Notes under the pieces: generated by a model
The model's input: the letters and a program-made list of their open reading frames with translations, nothing else
The model's database searches: none
What the model was told of the DNA's origin: nothing
IMG/VR virus record: IMGVR_UViG_3300017700_000744
Location: 1 to 40,137 of that record
DNA length: 40,137 bases
From: a virus
Taxonomy: Duplodnaviria > Caudoviricetes
Strand: one strand, 5' to 3'
Position numbers and translations under genes: made by a program
In this document: positions 32,204-40,137 of the stretch, in pieces
Position numbering within the stretch: position 1 is the stretch's first letter
Layout of the letters: each line of letters opens with the position of its first letter

Positions 32204-34983
32204 TGGATCAAATCTTAGGTCTTTACACTTCTCCGAACTCCTTACAACTTCCTGAAGGGGCAACGCTTAAAGCTGACAATGTTTATCTTGATACTGATGG
32301 TTATTTTAAGCCATTTAAGCGAATAGAAAAGGCTTTCACGGATTCTCAAATGGTGGGATACAACGGAGTATTTTCTACTTTATGGCAAGGAGTAAGTGGG
32401 TATAATTTCAAATTTTTCAGTAAAGATTCATATTTAATTTTTTTTAAAACACTAAATAACGAAATACAAGGTAAGTATAAATTCAATGAATCATTGAATG
32501 GGCCATTGGTTACAGTCAGCGTACCTATTATTCTTAATGATGGTGCGTACCTGTTCCCTTATGATGGACAAATTATAGATATTAGTAATTATTCCATAAA
32601 CCAATATTATCCTTCTTTTCAATTTGCAAATTTACTTTGCTTAGGCTTAGTATCCGAGAAGAAAGGTGCAAACCCAATTTTAGGAATTGGTGCCGCAATT
32701 ACAATTGTCGATCTATCATGCCCACCTCCTCAAATATATGCGGCTACTTATACCCTACCGCCTTCTGTGGTTTATGACGGTGACCCGGCTAACGCAACTC
32801 CTGATAGATGGTATGCGAACGCGTATAGATTTACAACTTCTATAGATGTAAACGGTTTTCTTATCGAATCTAAACCTACCGGTTCGTTATATGTTCGAGG
32901 TTCAAATTCAGCATCCGCGCCGGGGATATGGATTCAAGATATGTTCCTGAGACTACAAGATTTTAATGGGCCGTATCTTGGATCAAAATTTAAACTCAAT
33001 ATTTACAGAACTCCTCTAGAATTAGCAGATAATGCAACAACAGATTTAGTGCCAAGAGAAAGTGAAGATTTCCGATTAGTGGCTTCTATATCTTCGGATA
33101 ACCCTCTTGCGGAACGCGTGTATGAATTTGACGATCAAGCAGTTATGCCTCCAGGTTCGGCGGAATTATATACTAACCCAACACAAGAAGGAATAATAAA
33201 ACAAAATGAGCAGCCTCCTTTTCACCATACCTCATCAGTTTATAAAAACATTACATTCTATGGGAATGTAAATGTTCGTGCTTCTATTATTTTAAATGTA
33301 AAGCAAGGAGATACTGGCACTTATACTGGCTATTGGTTTATCAGAGGGAGGAATGGGGTGACTGCTCCTATCGCATACGATATTGATTTATCAGATCCTT
33401 CAAACTCATCTAACTTTACGCTAGGATTAGTTTACAGTTTGGATGGATTATTGAATTCATTTTCAAGCCCTTACTATGCTACGCATTTGAATACCTCAGG
33501 AACAGGAGTTGCTTTATTTATTCAGTCAAAAGAATATCTTGAATCTTTGAACTTCTTCGATTATTCTGGGGCTTTGCAAACCGGAACTTATGGCTGGGAT
33601 GGCGTAAATACCATTACCGTAATTACGGGCGCGCCTCATGGTCTTTCTACTGGTAACATAATCAATTTATATCTTGAAAGTGGCTTATTGGACGGACTAG
33701 AAACAGGTAACCAATCGATCACGGTTGTTAATACAACCACGTTTACAATGCCCGCATCTTTTACGGCTGGCTTAACAAGTGGAACCGCAACCATTATGAA
33801 CATTACCGCAGGTGGTACTGGTTCTGGTATATTCACAAATTTAGAATCTGGCAGTCTTCAATCAGAAGATACGATATATACTAATAGAATTTATTACTCA
33901 AAATTTCAACAACCGTTTTCGACTACTTTGGATCAGTATTTTACTGTGGGGTCAAATGCGCCAATTTTATTCCTGGCCAACTTAAGGGAATACCTTCTGA
34001 TTCTAAAGCAAGATGGAGTTTATATTCTCCGAGGTGACGATCCAGATACATTCGTAGTAGACCCATTATATCCTCAACTAGTTTTAATGGATTCACAAAG
34101 TATTCAGGTAGTCGACGACTATGTTATTGGATTATTTACAATAGGAGTGGTAAAACTAAACGAAAACGGCTATGAGATTATTTCTCAACCGATCAGAGAT
34201 GATATTCAAAGGATGATCAATAATGTAGCAGAGGATGGGTCTGCTATTAATAAACCGCCAATTGTTTTTTACTACCAATCAAAAAGATTAATTCTCATAG
34301 GTAGGGAACAAGTATATGTAGAACCTGAATCTGCAACTACGCCAAATGGCGCAATGTTTGCAGATTATTTGGCTCACATATCATATTGCTATCATCTTGA
34401 CTCGAAACAATGGTCTCGTAATACGCAAATAAATTTAGATGGAGCTGTCGAAATAGGCGGAGAAATTTATTTTCCCGCACGTGGGGGAACTAGGGTAAAT
34501 CCTTCTGTTACTCCAGTCACCGGGCCACCACCTATATCTGTGACATTCAACTGGGATATTTATAGAACTTCAATTGATAATTCTACTGATGGGTATACTA
34601 GAGATTTCCGAGTAAGATTTGTAAAACAACTCCAAAATAAAGAGGCGGGTGGCGGTCATTACCGGTTCCTCAAGATCTTTTTCCGTGAAATGAACCTTAC
34701 TTCTTTAACTGTCCGGTATTATCCGAATTATGAATTTTCAGATAATTCACAATACTTTGATGCCGTCTATGATGACATAGTTACATTTGAGGCAAGCGGT
34801 GGTTCTGCATATTCACGATCAATGGCTTACCTCTGGATACCAGTTGAAGTAGCCAGAGGGAACTGGTTGTCTTTCGAGATATTTAACACTGTTAGCTCTG
34901 AAGTTGACATTGAGCAGTATAATGGTATACTAATTGAGGGAGTGGAACTGGTTATGACGCCGGAAAAGAGCGCAACTGTATGA
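32203..34983 (+). CDS. Tail nozzle (tail tubular B / P22 gp10-like)
   Basis: GLYTSPN...GATLKADNV start; NRIYYSK...P and LREYLLILKQDGVY propeller-like motifs. Confidence 0.7.
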   Translation: MDQILGLYTSPNSLQLPEGATLKADNVYLDTDGYFKPFKRIEKAFTDSQMVGYNGVFSTLWQGVSGYNFKFFSKDSYLIFFKTLNNEIQGKYKFNESLNGPLVTVSVPIILNDGAYLFPYDGQIIDISNYSINQYYPSFQFANLLCLGLVSEKKGANPILGIGAAITIVDLSCPPPQIYAATYTLPPSVVYDGDPANATPDRWYANAYRFTTSIDVNGFLIESKPTGSLYVRGSNSASAPGIWIQDMFLRLQDFNGPYLGSKFKLNIYRTPLELADNATTDLVPRESEDFRLVASISSDNPLAERVYEFDDQAVMPPGSAELYTNPTQEGIIKQNEQPPFHHTSSVYKNITFYGNVNVRASIILNVKQGDTGTYTGYWFIRGRNGVTAPIAYDIDLSDPSNSSNFTLGLVYSLDGLLNSFSSPYYATHLNTSGTGVALFIQSKEYLESLNFFDYSGALQTGTYGWDGVNTITVITGAPHGLSTGNIINLYLESGLLDGLETGNQSITVVNTTTFTMPASFTAGLTSGTATIMNITAGGTGSGIFTNLESGSLQSEDTIYTNRIYYSKFQQPFSTTLDQYFTVGSNAPILFLANLREYLLILKQDGVYILRGDDPDTFVVDPLYPQLVLMDSQSIQVVDDYVIGLFTIGVVKLNENGYEIISQPIRDDIQRMINNVAEDGSAINKPPIVFYYQSKRLILIGREQVYVEPESATTPNGAMFADYLAHISYCYHLDSKQWSRNTQINLDGAVEIGGEIYFPARGGTRVNPSVTPVTGPPPISVTFNWDIYRTSIDNSTDGYTRDFRVRFVKQLQNKEAGGGHYRFLKIFFREMNLTSLTVRYYPNYEFSDNSQYFDAVYDDIVTFEASGGSAYSRSMAYLWIPVEVARGNWLSFEIFNTVSSEVDIEQYNGILIEGVELVMTPEKSATV

Positions 34984-35189
34984 TTAATATTGAAGATGCA
35001 AAAGACGCGGAAAAATTGGCAACATATCTTTCTTCTCGCTTCTCGGAGGCGACCAGCGCAGACGAGACGCAAAAAGCTCCCATACTGGCTGCATATTTGT
35101 CACGCAATTCTAAAAAAGGGTCTATAAATAAAGATGATATTTCCGACCCGAATAAATTATGTAATTTTATAAACAGGGTAACAAGATGA
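34980..35189 (+). CDS. Hypothetical protein
   Basis: ATGA-coupled at both ends. Confidence 0.55.
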   Translation: MINIEDAKDAEKLATYLSSRFSEATSADETQKAPILAAYLSRNSKKGSINKDDISDPNKLCNFINRVTR

Positions 35190-35653
35190 TAATGCCAATA
35201 AGACAAAAATCAGCCGCCGATCTAGAGAACGAAACTCTTTATTCTGGATTTAGTACTCCACAGCAACAACAAACTCCTCAAACCCAGGTAGACTATTCTA
35301 TCCCACAGGATCAAGTTGCGGTTCAACAAAAAGGATCTTTTGGGGATGGCTCTGGGTATGGAATTACACAACAAGATTTAGGAACTCGTCAAGGAGATCA
35401 GGGCGTAATTGGTAGGGGTGGGAGTTCTCCTAATGTTACTCAATATGGCACTATGTATAATCTTACCGGCTATGCACCTTACTCTTATGCAAACCAGGGT
35501 TCCGCTCAAGGGGCGCCTTCTAACCAATTTCAGGCAGGTAATGCACAAGTTTGGTCTGGTATTCAAGGAGCACCTCCACAAAACCCATTTGGTTCTAGTA
35601 TTACACCGGCCCAACAAGACGCTGTAAATAAAATGAGAAGAGGCGGCAAATGA
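35186..35653 (+). CDS. Q/G-rich putative internal virion protein
   Basis: Low-complexity composition; position. Confidence 0.55.
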   Translation: MIMPIRQKSAADLENETLYSGFSTPQQQQTPQTQVDYSIPQDQVAVQQKGSFGDGSGYGITQQDLGTRQGDQGVIGRGGSSPNVTQYGTMYNLTGYAPYSYANQGSAQGAPSNQFQAGNAQVWSGIQGAPPQNPFGSSITPAQQDAVNKMRRGGK

Positions 35654-35832
35654 TTCAAATGTTAGCTGGTTTACTCCCTGGGATGATGAACGGCGGTATG
35701 AATCCTATGGCTATGATGGGCGGAATGGGTGGTCAACAACAAGACCAACAACCGGATATTTTACAAACTCAAAATGCACAGATGGACGCCTTACGTAGAA
35801 TGAGACAACCCAATTCCTTTGGAGGAATATAA
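35650..35832 (+). CDS. M/G/Q-rich small putative internal virion protein
   Basis: Composition; ATGA coupling. Confidence 0.5.
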   Translation: MIQMLAGLLPGMMNGGMNPMAMMGGMGGQQQDQQPDILQTQNAQMDALRRMRQPNSFGGI

Positions 35833-35834
35833 TT

Positions 35835-36620
35835 ATGTTAGGAGCACTACTGGGAGGAGGAGCACTTTTAGGGGGGGCGGCAAAACTAGGTCTTTTATCA
35901 AAAGCCGGGAGCGCGCTTGGTTTGGGGGGACTCCAAAGAGGGAATCCCTTAAATTATGATGCTGTAAACCAACTTTACAATCCAAGAGGGCAGGCGGCAC
36001 AAGCGCAAGCCGTAAGCGCAGGCGAGTCCAGAGTTGGCCGTGATGTAGGCGGAGAAACCGCCCAACGGGAAGCACTGAACCGCATGAGAGAAGTATCTAA
36101 TCAAGGATATTCTAATATAGATCGTGCGGCTATGGGTTCCGCACAAAGAAATATGTTGGCTGGCAACCGAACTGCTCAAGAGTCTACGCAAAGAAATTTT
36201 CAACGTCGAGGGATGGGCGGAAGTGGTGCGGAATTATCCGGGGCACTTATTGGAGGCCAAGGGGCAGCCGATAGATTTTCTCAAGATGTTCGTGATTTGA
36301 ATGCAAGAGGCCAAGAACGGCGCATAGGTGCAACTCAAAGTATGAACGAAATTGGGAACCAATTGACAGGTCAACAAATGGGAATTGGATCGGCGCAAGA
36401 CCAAATGGCCCGCTATAATGCCGGGAACCAACAGCAAACAAATCTTGCAAATGCTGGGTTCTCGAACCAAGCGCAAGGTCAAGAATATCAAGGCGGTAAT
36501 CAATACTTAACTAATCAAGCCGATAGACAACAGCAAATTGGAAATATGAATACACAATTCAATCAGCAAATGTTTGGACAATTCACTAGGCCATTTTTTG
36601 GAGCTATGGGAGGTCGATAA
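35835..36620 (+). CDS. DNA ejection/pilot-like protein
   Basis: Gly-rich hydrophobic N-terminus, RRGMGGSG and Q/N-rich helices. Confidence 0.65.
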   Translation: MLGALLGGGALLGGAAKLGLLSKAGSALGLGGLQRGNPLNYDAVNQLYNPRGQAAQAQAVSAGESRVGRDVGGETAQREALNRMREVSNQGYSNIDRAAMGSAQRNMLAGNRTAQESTQRNFQRRGMGGSGAELSGALIGGQGAADRFSQDVRDLNARGQERRIGATQSMNEIGNQLTGQQMGIGSAQDQMARYNAGNQQQTNLANAGFSNQAQGQEYQGGNQYLTNQADRQQQIGNMNTQFNQQMFGQFTRPFFGAMGGR

Positions 36621-37871
36621 ATGGATGGGTTACGTAAAAATATACTCCAGGGCTTAAATGGATATGCAAATCAAGATCCTTTTGGCGTGGTAAATTCATC
36701 CCAAATGCCAAGACAAAACCAACCTTGGCAGCAAACTTCACCTATGCAAGCGCAGGTTTTTGACCTTCCCTTTCAAGGAGTACCACAAGGAGGAGGAATG
36801 ACAAAATATAGTCTAGACCTTCCTCCTGAGGCAGTGCAAAAAACTAATCTTGCACCGTCGCAATCTAGATCTGTTCCATCGGGGATAAGTCCGACTAGTC
36901 AACCCATGATAATCCCAAGTGACCCTTTATTAACTCCTGTCGAGGCAACCCCAGGAAGTGGAGGATCTTCTTTATGGGATTCCCTAAAATCTGGGTTAAG
37001 AGGATTTGGCAATTTACTTGCAGAGGGTGGTTTCGCAGCTACTCATCGAATGGGCGGCAACCAAGGCGACTATCTTCCTGCATGGAACCAGCAAACAGTT
37101 CTAGAAAATCCCAATTCCGAGCTTTCCAGACGATACCAACAATTTGCTTCCCAAAATCTCCCTGGGGATTTCTCGAATGCTACGGCGGCGGAGATTCAAG
37201 GAGTTTTACCAGCCTATGAAAAAGCCAGATATAATGACTACTTAACCCAACAAGCAGGTGACAAGGCAGCCTATAGAGACGCGCAACTTGCATTGCAAGC
37301 GCAAAGGCTTAGTGGTAAAAGTGGGCCTACCGGAGGAGGTGGCGGATCGAGAGGATCAGGCGGTAAATTAAGCGCATCAATAGAAAATGATCTGGCAAAA
37401 AAACGCGGAGCATTTGCATCAATTGATAACCTTATTACAAACTTCGACCCTAATTCGCAACCAAACTATCCAGAAAGTGCCACCATGGGGGTAAGAGAGA
37501 AAATCGCCTCCACTACTGGTTTACCACTCGAAAACGAAAAATCTAAAATGTTCCAACAGACTCATAATAGGGCTGTAGAAGATTATTTATTAGCAATGAC
37601 AGGGCAAGCCGCAAGTGACCCAAGTTATAAACGATTGCTTGCGCAAGTGCCTAATGTATATTCCCCAAATTATCAAAAAGAAATGCAGGCTTGGAGGGAT
37701 GATATAGCAAGACGATATGGTGCAACTACAGGAGGAGCACGAAATATCCAGTCTGATTCTGGAGTACCGCAAGGAGGAGGAATGATTCGAATGAGATTCC
37801 CTGATGGAAAAATTAAATCAGTTCCGGCATCAGAAGAAGCAAAATGGTCTCAATATGGAGTTAAAATCTAA
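36621..37871 (+). CDS. Internal virion/ejection protein
   Basis: Position; P/Q/G-rich; C-terminal IRMRFPDGK. Confidence 0.6.
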   Translation: MDGLRKNILQGLNGYANQDPFGVVNSSQMPRQNQPWQQTSPMQAQVFDLPFQGVPQGGGMTKYSLDLPPEAVQKTNLAPSQSRSVPSGISPTSQPMIIPSDPLLTPVEATPGSGGSSLWDSLKSGLRGFGNLLAEGGFAATHRMGGNQGDYLPAWNQQTVLENPNSELSRRYQQFASQNLPGDFSNATAAEIQGVLPAYEKARYNDYLTQQAGDKAAYRDAQLALQAQRLSGKSGPTGGGGGSRGSGGKLSASIENDLAKKRGAFASIDNLITNFDPNSQPNYPESATMGVREKIASTTGLPLENEKSKMFQQTHNRAVEDYLLAMTGQAASDPSYKRLLAQVPNVYSPNYQKEMQAWRDDIARRYGATTGGARNIQSDSGVPQGGGMIRMRFPDGKIKSVPASEEAKWSQYGVKI

Positions 37872-39406
37872 TGCCTAACCCGTGGGATACATTACCAGAT
37901 GCTACAGAGGGTGACAATCCCTGGGATTCTCTTCCGGACTCAAATTCAGGCGAGCAATCTATTGGGCAAATGTTAGTTTCTTCACCCGATGATTTTAAAG
38001 GTACAATCCCCAAAAGTACATATGAAGCCGCAAACCCAGTTTCCGCATTTTTAAAAGGTGCCACCGCAGGGTCGACCTATGGCTTTAATGATGAACTACT
38101 TGGAGGGGTTGACCCAGAATATAGCGCAAGGATTCGAGCGGAAAAAGCTAAAAATCCATATTCTTATTTTGCGGGTGAACTTCTAGCTCCCAACCCATTA
38201 CAAAAAGTCGCTCTTGCAAAACGAATTGCAAAAGTTGCTCCTCTTGCAAAAAAAACCATCGGGGAAGGAGTTGAAGGAGCAATGACAGCTGCGGCTACAG
38301 CTCTTGGGACAGGAGGAGATGTTTCTACAAGTGCGATTCTTGGGGCTGGGCTTGGAGCAACTATGTCACAAGCTGGCAAACTCAAAGATGCTATTGCTAG
38401 TCGCTTAAAAAAAGGTGCTGAAAATTGGGCACTAAAATCAGTCCCTGGTTTCGACTTATTAAAATATTCGACTAGTGCATTTGGGACAAAACCTACTCCT
38501 GAAATCAAGGAGCGAGTAGGAAGAGCGGCAATTGATAGTGGTGTGGCAGGGCAGTTATTGCCATCACTCGAAAAAAAGGCGGCGGCTGCACAAACTGGCT
38601 TAGATTTAGCCGATCAATTACGATCTTCGTATCTTAAACCAATTATGGAAAGAGAAGCGACTGAAGGATTTTTGGGCATAACTCCAAGTGAAACAGCCCA
38701 AAGGCTCACTTCAGATTTACAAGAAAAATTTAATACTAAAGATATAATGAAGGATCAATTTGGAAACATAATTGGATCTAAAACAAATCCTCTTTTACGT
38801 GGTGAACAAAAACAGATCGATAGAATGCAAGAAGCAATAATGGGGAAATCCCTACAAGGTAGAGAAGGCATAATGCCAAATTCCCCCATTTCTCTTTCTG
38901 ATTCGGAAATACTTAGAAAACAATTTGGGGCCAATTCTGCTAATTTTGTTACAAATCTAGGTGAATCTTCAAATGCCAAGGCTCTTGCAAAACAAGGGTA
39001 TGGGATCTTAGCAGGTCAAATTGATAAACAAGTGAAAAAAAATCTTCCTGATTCAGAATTTGGGAATTATCTTGCTACCCGTCAAAATGAACGGGATATG
39101 TTAGCAATCCGTAAGGCAATTCAGCGCCGCGAAGCAGATGCGGGGAAAGTTACTCTCGGGATGACCCCGGCTGAATTATTGACTTCCGGTGCAGGTGGTG
39201 GAATCGCAGCACTCGTAACAGGGAACCCTTTGGCACTCGCTAGCGCGGCGGCTATTCCTTATGCTAGACGAGTTCTGCCAGATCACATGGTTGCGGCTCA
39301 GGAAGGACTACGTAAACTTATACAAAATCCAAAAGCGCAAGCTTTTGGAGATTATCTCAGACAAAATCAAAAGGCCGCATATTTTGCGGGGCAAGGAAAC
39401 CAATAA
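37871..39406 (+). CDS. Large ejection protein
   Basis: NPWD repeats, GATAG.TYGF.DEL and Ala/Gly-rich membrane-like helices. Confidence 0.65.
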   Translation: MPNPWDTLPDATEGDNPWDSLPDSNSGEQSIGQMLVSSPDDFKGTIPKSTYEAANPVSAFLKGATAGSTYGFNDELLGGVDPEYSARIRAEKAKNPYSYFAGELLAPNPLQKVALAKRIAKVAPLAKKTIGEGVEGAMTAAATALGTGGDVSTSAILGAGLGATMSQAGKLKDAIASRLKKGAENWALKSVPGFDLLKYSTSAFGTKPTPEIKERVGRAAIDSGVAGQLLPSLEKKAAAAQTGLDLADQLRSSYLKPIMEREATEGFLGITPSETAQRLTSDLQEKFNTKDIMKDQFGNIIGSKTNPLLRGEQKQIDRMQEAIMGKSLQGREGIMPNSPISLSDSEILRKQFGANSANFVTNLGESSNAKALAKQGYGILAGQIDKQVKKNLPDSEFGNYLATRQNERDMLAIRKAIQRREADAGKVTLGMTPAELLTSGAGGGIAALVTGNPLALASAAAIPYARRVLPDHMVAAQEGLRKLIQNPKAQAFGDYLRQNQKAAYFAGQGNQ

Positions 39407-39753
39407 TGGCAGATCAAAAACCATATAGAGCTACGATACATCCTGTTCCTGATGGATCAGTTGACTATCCACTAATAGAAAATGCCTTTGGAGCAGATTT
39501 TCTTTCTACACTAAAAGGCGCGCCGAATAACGTAATTTTACAATTTAACCGAGATATTTCTTACAAATTAGTCGCAACTACAAATGATTCAATTGATGCT
39601 TTGAACGCTGCTAATTCACCGTGTAGAATTGGATTTCAAGATGCTCAGACAATTTGGACAGACACACTCAAGATCCCCGAAATTTATATCACAAATAATT
39701 CAGGCGCATCAGATTCAATTCAAATTCAAGTCTATGCGAACAGGTTAAAATAA
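39406..39753 (+). CDS. Hypothetical virion protein
   Basis: TAATG coupling in the late operon. Confidence 0.6.
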   Translation: MADQKPYRATIHPVPDGSVDYPLIENAFGADFLSTLKGAPNNVILQFNRDISYKLVATTNDSIDALNAANSPCRIGFQDAQTIWTDTLKIPEIYITNNSGASDSIQIQVYANRLK

Positions 39754-39754
39754 C

Positions 39755-40137
39755 ATGCTTGTAGAAGATCAGAAAAGTGGCGGAGACGCCTCCGAACAAA
39801 CTCTAGCAGAGATCCGAGATATTACCCAAGATATGCTCGATCTCATGGAGATCCAGAAAGCATTTACGGAAACAATTTGGGTCGATTCTACTGGTACATT
39901 TTTTATTCGTAAGGTTGTACTGGATGAAGCAACTGGTAACTTTGTAGTTACTTCCGAACTGTACGATGGAACCCCTTACGTTCCTGTTCCCCCAATTGAA
40001 CCCGCAATGGCTGGTACCGATAGGGAAATTACGCAACAAGAATATCTTGCAATTGCAAATGGAACTGGGTTCTCTACTGGGGATACTATTCTCCTAATCA
40101 TAATTGTAAATACTCCAGACGGAACAATTGCTTCTCA
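39755..40137 (+). CDS. 5' part of the junction-spanning 385-aa virion protein
   Basis: MLVEDQKSGG... open to the window end and in frame with 2..898. Confidence 0.75.
   Translation, partial: MLVEDQKSGGDASEQTLAEIRDITQDMLDLMEIQKAFTETIWVDSTGTFFIRKVVLDEATGNFVVTSELYDGTPYVPVPPIEPAMAGTDREITQQEYLAIANGTGFSTGDTILLIIIVNTPDGTIAS
40015..40137. repeat. Terminal direct repeat, right copy
   Basis: Identical to 1-123. Confidence 0.95.

Noticed and set aside
24639-40039. Minus-strand and alternate-frame ORFs in the virion block
   Set aside because: Fully overlapped by confident structural genes

Overview
The window appears to be a complete, circularly permuted dsDNA phage genome of 40,014 unique bp; bases 1-123 are identical to 40015-40137, and one virion gene reads through that junction. 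The gene order and the lack of tail-tube or tape-measure genes suggest a podovirus. There are four transcription blocks. (1) A long leftward early region (about 2300-19000) of small, mostly hypothetical genes, including a lambda-O-like replication initiator with internal iterons, a KilAC antirepressor, Gp157, an SSB-like protein, HNH proteins and a MazG-like protein. (2) A small rightward island (19070-20450) with an aberrant 107-nt tRNA-like gene and an HNH gene. (3) A leftward lysis cassette (20500-23100) with a C39-like endolysin, a holin candidate and a u-spanin candidate, interrupted by two putative small RNAs and a metzincin lipoprotein. (4) A rightward packaging/virion block (23560-40137 plus 1-2165). 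No integrase, CI-type repressor, polymerase, helicase, reverse transcriptase or CRISPR array was recognised. The most unusual signals are the tRNA-like RNA, the tandem sRNAs (one with an anti-Shine-Dalgarno seed), a leader-peptide/antisense arrangement upstream of the initiator, colinear 14-60 bp near-identical anchors separating non-homologous gene cores, and several promoter-like sites with 15-16 bp spacers. All family calls come from motifs recognised by eye; no database searches or folding programs were run.
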